Shown here: positions 19,140 to 28,487 of the stretch, in pieces | Layout: each line of letters starts with the position of its first letter | Numbering within the stretch: the first letter of the stretch is position 1 | Assembly: GCA_017881725.1 (NCBI GenBank) | Contig: JADGQO010000076.1 | Span: forward strand, 6,190 to 70,189 | Reading direction: 5' to 3' | Source: Fibrobacteria bacterium | GTDB taxonomy: Bacteria; Fibrobacterota; Fibrobacteria; UBA11236 | Length of the DNA stretch: 64,000 nucleotides | Made by a program: the position numbers and the translations under genes | Notes under the pieces: model-generated | What the model was told of the DNA's origin: nothing | Database searches by the model: none | What the model saw: the letters and a program-made list of their open reading frames with translations, nothing else

Positions 19140-20796
19140 TAGTACCGGCGTATCCTGATTTCAGAAATCGGCACAGGTAAATACCGGGCCGCAATCCGTT
19201 TCCGGCAAGCGCATCCGTTACCGGAACGGAATAGTTTCCGGAAAATTGAAAGGCATCGACCAAGGTCGCGACGCTGTGCCCGAATGGATCCAATATTTCG
19301 ATTTTGACCTTACCGGCGCTCTCGACGGCATAATTGAGGCGTCCGAAAGCATCGACGAATATTCTACGCGATTGGGAATTCGCGGATGAAACAATGCCCG
19401 GAATCCGCCTTATGCCTACGGGAATTTCGGCAATGATTTCGGAGAATATGTCGGAATTTGAATTTCGGAAATCCTGCCACAATGCGATATAGCCTTCATT
19501 CCCGTCGGTGACCAAAAACGGATTCAGTTGGTCTTTCACGGTGGGAGAAATGGCCATTCCCCCCGGAAGAGATAACACAGATCCATCCGCGCTTATGATT
19601 TGGGTTAGGACGCTACTCACCGGATTTCCTTGGGCTACCCATGCGATGCTGGCTCCGCCTCGATATAGTTTAACGATTTGCGGATCCGATTGATCGCCGG
19701 CCACACCAACACCCACCTGCACTCCAGTGGACGCCCATTGGATATTTCCAGCCCCGTTTACCCTCTGTGCAAAAATTTGCGTAGCGGCCGTTCGTTTGTC
19801 CGTCCAAGCTATAATTGCGCCGCCCTGCCCATCCCCATCGAGCACCGGATCAAACTGATCTTTTTCCTGATTGCCATTCACCACGACGCCATCCGCATGC
19901 CATTTTACCTGCCCGTTCCCGTCGATTCGCTGGGCGAAAATATCGACATCGATGTTATTGCGAAGGTCGTTCCATACGACAATGGCGCCGCCGCTCCCAT
20001 CGCCGACCAACCGTGGGCGAGATTGTTTTGAAGTTGCGGTGGAAATTGCGACTCCGTTGGAATCCCATTTCAATTTTCCGGTGGAATCCAACGCCTGGGC
20101 ATATATGTCATCTTCCCCCGACCGCTGATCTTGCCAAACCACCATGACGCCACCATCGGAAAGGCTGAGTAAATGTGGATCCGATTGATTGCCCTTTTGC
20201 CGGCGAAGCGGCACTCCTCCAGGACTCCAATCCATCGCGCCTGCATTGGAAATCCGTTGCGCGACAATATTGGCGGAATCGGAAGTATTTGGTCTGTCCT
20301 CCCAGGCGATAATCGCGCCTCCGGAACCATCGGCGACAATCACCGGGTTCCTTTGTTCGGATGTTGAGTCGCCCAAGGCCAAGCCATCGGCGGCCCACTG
20401 GACAATGCCGTGTCGATCCACCTTTTGCGCAAAAATTTTAGTTACGCCGTTCCGTCCATCTTCCCAGGCTATAATGGCTCCGTCGCTGGTATCCTTGGCG
20501 ATGGCCGGGTGTCGCTGCTCGCCGCTCGCGATAGATATCGGGATACCGTTTTTTTCCCAACTTGCGGAATCGCATCCACATAGTAATTGGGCGTAGACGT
20601 CTCCGTTTCCATTGCGATTATCTTCCCAGGCAATGATGGCGCCACTGCCGGCCGAAAGTCCGACCGCCACGGGTTTGCTTTGGACTTTTTCATTTTCACA
20701 TATCGGTCTGGACGAATCGGACGCCATCGAAAGCAGCGGAAAACATAATTGCGCCAGTAACGCTGATAATTGTACACTTCGCTTGAATTTTTTCAT
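19117..20796 (-). CDS. secreted 8x ~52-aa repeat protein (beta-propeller-like) with T9SS-type C-terminal sorting domain
   Basis: Signal peptide MKKFKRSVQLSALLAQLCFPLLSMA. Eight units of 'GGAII(A/V)W.D.R.g....DI(Y/F)AQR(i/v).…G…W'. The last ~70 aa, 'VKIEILDPFGHSVATLVDAF…GIYLCRF…TNEIFVTR', match the Por/T9SS CTD pattern. Confidence 0.65.
   Translation of the reverse strand: MKKFKRSVQLSALLAQLCFPLLSMASDSSRPICENEKVQSKPVAVGLSAGSGAIIAWEDNRNGNGDVYAQLLCGCDSASWEKNGIPISIASGEQRHPAIAKDTSDGAIIAWEDGRNGVTKIFAQKVDRHGIVQWAADGLALGDSTSEQRNPVIVADGSGGAIIAWEDRPNTSDSANIVAQRISNAGAMDWSPGGVPLRRQKGNQSDPHLLSLSDGGVMVVWQDQRSGEDDIYAQALDSTGKLKWDSNGVAISTATSKQSRPRLVGDGSGGAIVVWNDLRNNIDVDIFAQRIDGNGQVKWHADGVVVNGNQEKDQFDPVLDGDGQGGAIIAWTDKRTAATQIFAQRVNGAGNIQWASTGVQVGVGVAGDQSDPQIVKLYRGGASIAWVAQGNPVSSVLTQIISADGSVLSLPGGMAISPTVKDQLNPFLVTDGNEGYIALWQDFRNSNSDIFSEIIAEIPVGIRRIPGIVSSANSQSRRIFVDAFGRLNYAVESAGKVKIEILDPFGHSVATLVDAFQFSGNYSVPVTDALAGNGLRPGIYLCRFLKSGYAGTNEIFVTR
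19476..20646. repeat. intragenic tandem repeat (~156-nt period, 8 copies) encoding the propeller blades
   Basis: Periodic recurrence of GGAIIAWED/…IFAQR… coding blocks. Sequence divergence between units suggests it is old rather than slippage-prone. Confidence 0.5.
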
Positions 20797-21165
20797 GACT
20801 AATCCCCTTCAGGAATCAATGCAATTGAATGAATGGAAGGCAATTTTTTATCCTCGGTCGAACCCGATGTGATGTTGCGCCCAATATCAGTTTCACCTTA
20901 ATATTTTGCAACAACTTTAATCGAATTCAATAATGGCTCCTGATCCATGATTTCCATTCCTCTGATAGGCAATTTTTGGAATTTGATTATCGTTATTAAG
21001 AAATTCCAAAATGGATAAATCCAGATGTCATCTTTAGAATCGCGACTTACCGGATATTGAATGGACCTACGGCGTTGGTTTGAGCCAATACCTTAAGATT
21101 AAGATTGAAATTTCATTCTTTTCTCATTTTATGATCTAGGCATAAGGATTGCTTTGTAATCCTGC
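20797..21165 (+). promoter_or_regulatory. AT-rich ~370-nt leader/promoter region upstream of the polysaccharide locus
   Basis: GC is far below the window average. It separates divergent T9SS-cargo/GGDEF genes from the priming transferase. No JUMPstart/ops 'GGCGGTAG' was found. Confidence 0.3.
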
Positions 21166-22317
21166 ATGAAATTCAATCGTGTATTCAAACAAGAGCAGGC
21201 CTCCCGTTTTCGAATTGGGTCCGGCACCGACGGACTATATTCCCAGGAACTTTTCCGAGATTTACTCGTACTTGAACGCAAACGCGCCGAACGATCCAAA
21301 CACCAATTGTTTTTCGTCGCCCTGGATATCAAGGATGCGCTCACTTCGACGCGCACGGATATTGAAGTGGTCGGCGCCGTCATCAAAGCAATCACCAAAG
21401 CTACACGTGAAATTGATATCAAGGGATGGTATGAGAATCCGGTCTGCATAGGAATTATTTACACTGAAGTATCGATCGATGCCTGTGAACAGATATTAAA
21501 TAAAATCAGGCATGAACTGGCTCAAGCCCTGGACATCGATATGGTGTCCCGCATCGGAATCACCTATACGACATTCCCGGAGCTTGACGGCAAAAGGTGG
21601 ACTCGGGATAGGAGCGAAGAGAATGTATTGTATCCCACGCTGCGCCCGCCCACGACTCGTAAAAAAACCCAATTATGGTTGAAGCGGTTCCTGGATTTGA
21701 CCGCCAGCGCCTTAGGGATTGTCGTGCTGTCACCATTGCTTTGCGCCGTCGCAATCCTGATTAAAACCACGTCGCGCGGGCCTGTCGTCTTCAAGCAGGA
21801 GCGCATAGGCTTTGGCGGTAAAAAATTCATGCTCTATAAATTCCGCTCCATGTATTTGAATAACAATCCGGCCTTGCATCAGGATTTCGTCAAGAACCTC
21901 ATCGCCGGCCTGGCATCGGTATCCAGCCTGGCGTCGGAATCCGAAAACGGCCGACACCCCGCTTATAAAATCCAAAATGATCCGCGGGTGACTTTCATCG
22001 GCCGCTTTTTACGAGCCACCAGCATCGACGAACTTCCGCAGCTATTCAACGTATTGCAAGGCAACATGTCGTTGGTGGGCCCGCGGCCGCCCTTGGCATA
22101 TGAAGTCGAAGTCTACGAAGCGTGGCACCGCCCCAGAGTGGTGGAAGTCAAGCCCGGGATTACCGGGCTCTGGCAAGTGAAGGGCAGAAGCATGACAACA
22201 TTCGATGGCATGGTAAGGATGGATTTGGAATACATCCATAATTGGTCCTTATGGCTGGATCTCAAGCTCCTATTGAAAACTCCGGCCGCCGTCGTTACCA
22301 CCAAGGGCGCATATTGA
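21166..22317 (+). CDS. priming polyprenyl-phosphate sugar-1-phosphate transferase (bacterial sugar transferase family) with atypical N-terminal ~150-aa soluble domain and a single TM
   Basis: C-terminal '[10 protein letters not shown]…[21 protein letters not shown]' is the WbaP/CpsE catalytic domain signature. The only hydrophobic helix is '[22 protein letters not shown]'. Confidence 0.8.
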   Translation: MKFNRVFKQEQASRFRIGSGTDGLYSQELFRDLLVLERKRAERSKHQLFFVALDIKDALTSTRTDIEVVGAVIKAITKATREIDIKGWYENPVCIGIIYTEVSIDACEQILNKIRHELAQALDIDMVSRIGITYTTFPELDGKRWTRDRSEENVLYPTLRPPTTRKKTQLWLKRFLDLTASALGIVVLSPLLCAVAILIKTTSRGPVVFKQERIGFGGKKFMLYKFRSMYLNNNPALHQDFVKNLIAGLASVSSLASESENGRHPAYKIQNDPRVTFIGRFLRATSIDELPQLFNVLQGNMSLVGPRPPLAYEVEVYEAWHRPRVVEVKPGITGLWQVKGRSMTTFDGMVRMDLEYIHNWSLWLDLKLLLKTPAAVVTTKGAY

Positions 22318-22351
22318 AAACCTGGATTTTGAATAATCAGATGGGATTAAC

Positions 22352-23353
22352 ATGGTAAACGTCGGAGTCATCGGCTACGGGTACTGGGGCCCGAACATTG
22401 TCCGCAATTTCAATTTGGTTAGGGACTGCAAAGTCACTTGCATTTGCGATTCGGATCCAAAGGTCGAAGCCCATCTCTCCAAAATATTCCCGGAAATCAA
22501 AATCACCCGGGACTTCAATACCATCCTGGTGGATCCGGAAATCGATGTGGTCGCCATCGTCACGCCGGTTTCCACCCATTATGAATTGGCGAAAAAGGCC
22601 TTGGAAAACGGCAAAAATGTCTTCGTGGAAAAGCCATTCACGCAAACCCCACCGCAAGCCCTAGAGCTAATCAACCTGGCCGAGCAGAAAAACCTGAAGA
22701 TCATGGTCGATCACACTTTCATTTTTTCGGGCGCTGTTTCGAAAATCAAGGAATTCATAACCAACGGGGAAATCGGCCAAATTTACTACTACGATTCCAC
22801 GCGGATCAATCTCGGTCTTTTCCAACGCGACGTCAACGTGATTTGGGATTTGGCTCCACATGACTTCGCCATCATGCTTCATCTGCTTTCGGATCGTCCC
22901 GATGCCATCCGGGTTTTCGGGAAGTCCCATGTCAATGGCATGGAGGATGTCGCCCATATTCTGGTGTACTTCACGAATAACCTCATGGCGCATTTCAACG
23001 TAAACTGGCTTTCTCCGGTAAAAATCCGGAGCACCATGATAGGCGGCGACAAGCGCATGCTGGTGTGGAACGACATTTCCCCGGATGAAAAGATTAAAGT
23101 TTACGACCGGGGCGTGAATCATGACACCCCTGAGGACATCCATAATCTACTGGTCAGCTATCGCTCCGGAGACATGTGGTCGCCCAAGCTGGATCAACGC
23201 GAGCCGTTATTGATTGAGTTGACGCATTTCATCGAATGCATCATCGGAAATAAAAAAAATATCTCGGACGGAAAATCCGGTCTGGAAGTCGTCAACCTCC
23301 TGCACGCCTGTGAGAAATCCATCCGCCACAATGGCGGACTGGTGATTTTATGA
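22352..23353 (+). CDS. Gfo/Idh/MocA-family NAD-dependent sugar-nucleotide oxidoreductase (WbpB/GnnA-like 3-dehydrogenase)
   Basis: Rossmann N-terminus 'VNVGVIGYGYWGPNIVRNF'. It sits immediately before an acetyltransferase and a DegT aminotransferase. Confidence 0.8.
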   Translation: MVNVGVIGYGYWGPNIVRNFNLVRDCKVTCICDSDPKVEAHLSKIFPEIKITRDFNTILVDPEIDVVAIVTPVSTHYELAKKALENGKNVFVEKPFTQTPPQALELINLAEQKNLKIMVDHTFIFSGAVSKIKEFITNGEIGQIYYYDSTRINLGLFQRDVNVIWDLAPHDFAIMLHLLSDRPDAIRVFGKSHVNGMEDVAHILVYFTNNLMAHFNVNWLSPVKIRSTMIGGDKRMLVWNDISPDEKIKVYDRGVNHDTPEDIHNLLVSYRSGDMWSPKLDQREPLLIELTHFIECIIGNKKNISDGKSGLEVVNLLHACEKSIRHNGGLVIL

Positions 23354-23832
23354 GCACCCGGAAAATCGCGGATGACGTCGTCATCGGAAACCAAGTCTAC
23401 CTTGCGGAATTCATCAACCTATACGGTTGCCGAATCGGCGACGGAAGCAAGATCGGCGCGTTCGTGGAAGTGCAAGCCAACGCGGTGATTGGAAGCAATT
23501 GTAAAATTTCCAGCCACTCCTTTATTTGCGAAGGCGTCTTGATCGAGGACGGGGTCTTCATAGGGCATGGCGTGGTTTTCATCAACGACAAGCATCCGCG
23601 CGCAACCAATGCGGACGGCTCTTCCCAGTCCAAAGCGGATTGGAAGGTTATTCCAACCCTTGTGAAAAAGGGCGCCACGATCGGTTCGGGCGCGACAATC
23701 ATGTGCGGAATAACCGTCGGAGAAAACGCCATCGTCGGAGCGGGGAGCATGGTTCTCGCGGATGTCGAAAGGGATACCACCGTGGCCGGAAACCCGGCCA
23801 GATTAATCAAGAGGCATCATGTTGACAACTAA
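23350..23832 (+). CDS. hexapeptide-repeat (left-handed beta-helix) N-acetyltransferase (WbpD/PglD-like)
   Basis: Repeating [LIV]G..[ST]..[ILV] hexads (…IGSNCKISSHSFICEGVLIEDGVFIGHGVVF…). 4-nt overlap with the upstream gene. Confidence 0.75.
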   Translation: MSTRKIADDVVIGNQVYLAEFINLYGCRIGDGSKIGAFVEVQANAVIGSNCKISSHSFICEGVLIEDGVFIGHGVVFINDKHPRATNADGSSQSKADWKVIPTLVKKGATIGSGATIMCGITVGENAIVGAGSMVLADVERDTTVAGNPARLIKRHHVDN

Positions 23833-25063
23833 CCAAGTCCCATTCCTTGATCTGATTGCGCCCCACGAAATGATCAGGAGCCGCCTAATGGCCGTCCTAT
23901 CCGAAACGATTTCCACGGGGCATTTCGTGGGCGGAGCGGCAGTGGAAAAGTTTGAGGATGAATTCGCCGGATTTTGCGGGACATCCCATTGCGTCGGCTT
24001 GGGTAGCGGAACCGATGCGCTTCGATTCGCCCTCATGGCGACGATTCCCCCGGGATCAATCGTAATCACCGTTCCGAACACCTTCATCGCCACCACCGAG
24101 GCCATATCGCAATCAGGCGCGATACCATATTTTGTCGATGTCGATGAAAGGACGCTCAATATGAGCCCCGCGGCGTTATCCGCGTTCCTGTCCATGGAAT
24201 GCTACGTCGACAGCCGGCATGGCAACCACACCATCCACACCATCAGCGGCAGAACCGTATCCGCTATCGTCCCCGTCCATTTGTACGGCCAAACCGCCGA
24301 CATGGATGCGCTGCAGGCTTTGGCCGATGAGTACCATATTTTGGTCATTGAGGATGCATGCCAAGCGCATGGAGCCGGGTACTTTTCAAACAAAAAAAAT
24401 AAATGGTGCAAGGCCGGTTCCATGTCCATCGCCGCTGCCTTCAGTTTTTACCCCGGTAAAAACCTGGGCGCCCTGGGTGATGGCGGAGCCTTAACTACGA
24501 ATGATCCGGCCATCGCCGCCCGCGTCCGATTGCTTCGCGAGCATGGATCGAGCAAAAAGTATTACCACCCCATCGAAGGCTACAATGGCCGCTTGGACGC
24601 GCTGCAGGCGGGATTCCTCAGCGAAAAGCTTCCCTATCTCCAATCCGCGAACAGTTCGCGTCGCCAATGCGCCGAATACTACGATCAATCCCTGGCGAAC
24701 ATACCGGGACTAACGACGCCTTTCGAACCCAAATGTTTCCACGGTAATTACCACCTTTACGTCATCAAGGCGGAACGCCGGAATGAACTCCAACGGCATC
24801 TGACCGAACAAGGGATCGGAACCGGACTTCATTATCCACTGCCCCTCCATTTGCAGGAAGCGTATAAGCGTCTGAACTACCGTCCCAATGATTACCCCAT
24901 CGCCGAGGCGGCCGCCGGTAAAATTTTATCCTTGCCCATGTTTCCATCCTTAACCTTGCAGCAGCAGGATCTGGTGGTCGATTCGATTAAAGAATTTTAT
25001 GGAGCCCATTCCGGGACCGGATTCGACGGCCTGGAAAAACCCCAACCTATCGCGTTGGCGTGA
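23819..25063 (+). CDS. DegT/DnrJ/EryC1/StrS PLP-dependent sugar aminotransferase (WbpE/GnnB-like)
   Basis: 'HLYGQTADMDALQALADEYHILVIEDACQAHGA' and a downstream lysine-containing 'SFYPGKNLGALGDGG' block are typical of the family. Confidence 0.85.
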   Translation: MLTTNQVPFLDLIAPHEMIRSRLMAVLSETISTGHFVGGAAVEKFEDEFAGFCGTSHCVGLGSGTDALRFALMATIPPGSIVITVPNTFIATTEAISQSGAIPYFVDVDERTLNMSPAALSAFLSMECYVDSRHGNHTIHTISGRTVSAIVPVHLYGQTADMDALQALADEYHILVIEDACQAHGAGYFSNKKNKWCKAGSMSIAAAFSFYPGKNLGALGDGGALTTNDPAIAARVRLLREHGSSKKYYHPIEGYNGRLDALQAGFLSEKLPYLQSANSSRRQCAEYYDQSLANIPGLTTPFEPKCFHGNYHLYVIKAERRNELQRHLTEQGIGTGLHYPLPLHLQEAYKRLNYRPNDYPIAEAAAGKILSLPMFPSLTLQQQDLVVDSIKEFYGAHSGTGFDGLEKPQPIALA

Positions 25064-25104
25064 ATAGGATGGCGGTTCCTCTTGAATTCCTTGGTTGGAA
25101 ATAA

Positions 25105-25929
25105 ATGAGGTTCGATCGGAGCATCTCGATCGCCATCTCCGCGCTGCGTCGCGAACCGGACGCGGGAGCCATCGCCATACTCATGTACCATAGCATCAGT
25201 AGCCGCCCTGAGAGCGCCGGTCATCCCTATTTCAGAACCGCCACGTCACCCGCGCGGTTTTCCGAACAAATGGAATGGCTTGCCGAGGCGGGCGCGGAAA
25301 TAGTCGAACTTGAAAAATGGAATTCGCCGGCGGCAACGGGAAAATCTCCCCGGGTCATAATCACTTTCGATGACGGTTTTTCCGATTTTTTATCCGATGC
25401 CCTTCCCGCCTTAAACCGGCATGGCTATCCGTCGACGGTTTTTCTTCCGACGGCATTCATCGGAACGGGAAAGGAGCTGCTGCCCGGCACAAAACACCTT
25501 GCTTGGGGTCAGATCGAAAAATTAAGCGCGGCCGGAGTCACATTCGGCTCGCATACCGCGCGCCATCTTCCTTTGGCAACGTTGTCCCGTCGGGAAATTT
25601 ACGTTGAAGTTGAAACTTCGGCGGAATCCATCGAAAAACACCTAGGTAAAAGAGTGATTTCCTTTTCCTGCCCATACGCCTATCCTCAGGCCCATCCCGA
25701 AACCCTTTCCGCTCTGCGCGATGGACTTCGCAACCAAGGTTATACGGTTGCGGTCACCACAAAAATAGGCACGGTGTCCCCAGAAGACGATCCGTTGTCC
25801 CTGCGTCGTCTTCCGATCAATTCTGATGACGACAAAAGCCTGTTCTTGGCGAAAATACGGGGAGGATACGACTGGCTCGGTCGAGCCCAACAATTCGTCC
25901 GTCATGCGAAAAAGACACTCCATCTCTGA
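25105..25929 (+). CDS. polysaccharide deacetylase (NodB homology / CE4)
   Basis: 'VIITFDDGFSDF' Asp-Asp motif, 'GSHTARH' His motif. Confidence 0.75.
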   Translation: MRFDRSISIAISALRREPDAGAIAILMYHSISSRPESAGHPYFRTATSPARFSEQMEWLAEAGAEIVELEKWNSPAATGKSPRVIITFDDGFSDFLSDALPALNRHGYPSTVFLPTAFIGTGKELLPGTKHLAWGQIEKLSAAGVTFGSHTARHLPLATLSRREIYVEVETSAESIEKHLGKRVISFSCPYAYPQAHPETLSALRDGLRNQGYTVAVTTKIGTVSPEDDPLSLRRLPINSDDDKSLFLAKIRGGYDWLGRAQQFVRHAKKTLHL

Positions 25930-25944
25930 AAGGCAAACGATTTC

Positions 25945-26925
25945 ATGGATCTTTCAATCATCATTGTGAACTGGAAATCGGTCGCGTACTGCGCGGACTG
26001 CATCCACAGCATTCATGCATCGCCATTTCAAGGATCCTACGAGATCATCGTGATTGATAACGCCTCCTACGATGGGTGCGATAAAATGTTGGAAAGTTTA
26101 TACCCTAACGTGAAATTCATTCAGGGGAAAACCAATGCGGGATTCGCACGGGCCAATAATCTGGCGTTCCAATATTCAACGGGTGAAAAAGTGTGCTTCC
26201 TCAACCCCGATACCAAAATTCTAGGCTCGGCCTTGCAAACTCTGTACGACTCCATCGACGGAAATCCCAAAGGTGGAGCTGCGGGAGCAATACTGCGCAA
26301 TGGCGACGGCAGCCTGCAAACCAGTTGCGTATTGCCCTTCCCTACCCTCCTTAATCAAGCGTTGGATATGGAATGGCTTCGTAAACGTTTTCCTTCGGCA
26401 AAACTTTTCGGGGCGCAAGCCTTGTATTCAAATTCGATTTCGCCTCAATCAGTGGAGGCCATCTCGGGCGCCTGCATCATGACGCGCCGGCAAACATTCA
26501 TTGACGTCGGCATGTTCGGCCCGGAATATTTCATGTACGCCGAGGACGTCGATTTATGCCGTAAAATCAGAATGTCCGGCAAGAAAATTTATCTGATCAA
26601 GGAAGCGCAAATCATCCACTACGGCGGAGGCAGTAGCCAGGATCGAAAAAGTTCCTTGGTGGGCGCAGTCCTCATGCGCGAATCCAATTACAAAATGTTG
26701 CGCAAATTCCGGGGAACCGGATACGCCCTGCTGTATAGGACAAGCATGGCCGTGATGGGCATGGCCCGCATCGCGGGATTGCTCCTGTTCCTCGCGCCGG
26801 CAGCGGCCGTTGGAAACGGTAGAATCATGCTTCAAATCATGCGGCGCTGGTGGCATTTGCTCACCTGGGCCATTGGGATTAACCGATTGCCGATTTCCAT
26901 GAACCCGATTACGGCCGACTTATGA
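25945..26925 (+). CDS. family 2 glycosyltransferase
   Basis: 'LSIIIVNWKS', 'EIIVIDNASYDG', 'ARANNLA' GT-A fold motifs. Confidence 0.75.
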   Translation: MDLSIIIVNWKSVAYCADCIHSIHASPFQGSYEIIVIDNASYDGCDKMLESLYPNVKFIQGKTNAGFARANNLAFQYSTGEKVCFLNPDTKILGSALQTLYDSIDGNPKGGAAGAILRNGDGSLQTSCVLPFPTLLNQALDMEWLRKRFPSAKLFGAQALYSNSISPQSVEAISGACIMTRRQTFIDVGMFGPEYFMYAEDVDLCRKIRMSGKKIYLIKEAQIIHYGGGSSQDRKSSLVGAVLMRESNYKMLRKFRGTGYALLYRTSMAVMGMARIAGLLLFLAPAAAVGNGRIMLQIMRRWWHLLTWAIGINRLPISMNPITADL

Positions 26926-26943
26926 CCCCTCCAGGAGTTTATC

Positions 26944-28476
26944 TTGCGTAATCCTTTAAGTCACTCCGTATCCGTAATTCAAAAATCCCTGGCTGGCGGC
27001 GGCCTGAAAGGCCGTGTCCTGCGCGGCGGCGCGATGTTGGGGATCGGAAGCACCATGGAACATGGAGTCAGGTTTTTACGCAATATGCTTCTGACCCGCA
27101 TTTTGATGCCGGAAGCATTGGGCGTCATGACCATTATATTGGCGATCAACGCAGCGCTGGAATCCTTCACGGAAGTCGGCGTTCGCGAGGCCGTAGTGCA
27201 ACACGTCGATGCAGGTAATCCATCCTTTCTCAATGCGGCGTGGTGGTTCTCCACCGGCCGCGGGGCGATCCTTTGCACCTTGGGAATGTTATCCGCCTGG
27301 CCCCTGGCCGGATTTTATCACATCGTGCCATTCCGCGGTCTTTTAATGGTTTCCTTCCTCGCCATCCTGCTGAACGGCGCCATCAGCACGCGCGCGTATT
27401 TGGCCGTGAAGCAATTGCACTATGGCCGATGGGTCGCCATCATGCAAGGTTCGGCGCTGGGCGGTATCTGCGTAACGCTCGTGTTGGTTTGGGTATTGCG
27501 CGACATCCGGGCTTTGGTTTTCGGATTCATTGCAGAGTCGGCTTTTCGCCTGCTTCTGTCCTTTATCCTTTGCCCATTCCGGCCGGGAAGGCAATTCGAG
27601 AAAAGTCAAACCAAGGAACTGTTCCGATTCGCCCGGGGGATGGCCGGAGTCCCGTTCTTAACCTTCCTCTTCATAGAAGCGGATATTTTCGTACTGGGAA
27701 AATTAGTGGACAAACGGAGTTTGGGCCTATATGGGATGGTGGAAACGCTGGCGGGAGCGCCCGCGGTACTCATTTCGATTTTCATCAACCCCATTCTGAT
27801 GCCCGCCTTCGCGCAGATTCGCGATCAATTTACGCGCATCAACAATGCCTTGCTGAAAGCCACGCGGGCCATGTCCGTGACCGGTTTCCTGCTCTGCGCC
27901 TGGGTGATATTGTTCGGGGGTGACATCTTGCGGTTAACTTATGGGCAGGCCTATGGCAGCGCGGGGCCAATCCTGGCCATATTATTTTGCGGATCCGTCT
28001 TACGCACTTTGGCATCCCCTATTCCGGCCATTTATCTGGGCATCGGACGTCCCGGCTTAAACCGAACCTTCACGGCGATACGCACCGCGATCGTCCTTCT
28101 GCTCATCTATCCGGCTGTACTATTCTATGGCCTCAAGGGCGCGGCGTGTGCGGGGGTGATTTCCATGACGCTTGCCTGGGGGGTACAAATCCGGCAAATG
28201 TCCAAGCTGACGAAACTGGATCTTGGCGACTATTTCCGCAGCATAGCGGGTGGATTAGTGGGGGCGGGAATCGTGCTGGCCGTCGCATTGGCAGTGCGAT
28301 TTACCTGGCAAGATCCGGTTTTCGTGTTGGCCGCCGCCGGCATCCTCAGCGTGGGAGTTGTGGTCCTCGTCGCGCCCATGATTATTGGTGATTTAAAATT
28401 TACCCCGGAAAGTGGATTGAATCCACTCGATCAAGCGTCGGGTGCGAACAACACACTGATTGTGAGCAAGGCTTAA
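26944..28476 (+). CDS. wzx: Wzx-type oligosaccharide flippase (MOP/PST family, ~12 TM)
   Basis: TTG start 6 nt after an AGGAG. There is no in-frame ATG before the conserved first TM region 'RILMPEALGVMTIILAINAAL'. Polytopic throughout. Confidence 0.7.
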   Translation: MRNPLSHSVSVIQKSLAGGGLKGRVLRGGAMLGIGSTMEHGVRFLRNMLLTRILMPEALGVMTIILAINAALESFTEVGVREAVVQHVDAGNPSFLNAAWWFSTGRGAILCTLGMLSAWPLAGFYHIVPFRGLLMVSFLAILLNGAISTRAYLAVKQLHYGRWVAIMQGSALGGICVTLVLVWVLRDIRALVFGFIAESAFRLLLSFILCPFRPGRQFEKSQTKELFRFARGMAGVPFLTFLFIEADIFVLGKLVDKRSLGLYGMVETLAGAPAVLISIFINPILMPAFAQIRDQFTRINNALLKATRAMSVTGFLLCAWVILFGGDILRLTYGQAYGSAGPILAILFCGSVLRTLASPIPAIYLGIGRPGLNRTFTAIRTAIVLLLIYPAVLFYGLKGAACAGVISMTLAWGVQIRQMSKLTKLDLGDYFRSIAGGLVGAGIVLAVALAVRFTWQDPVFVLAAAGILSVGVVVLVAPMIIGDLKFTPESGLNPLDQASGANNTLIVSKA

Positions 28477-28487
28477 GGCCCCTATCC

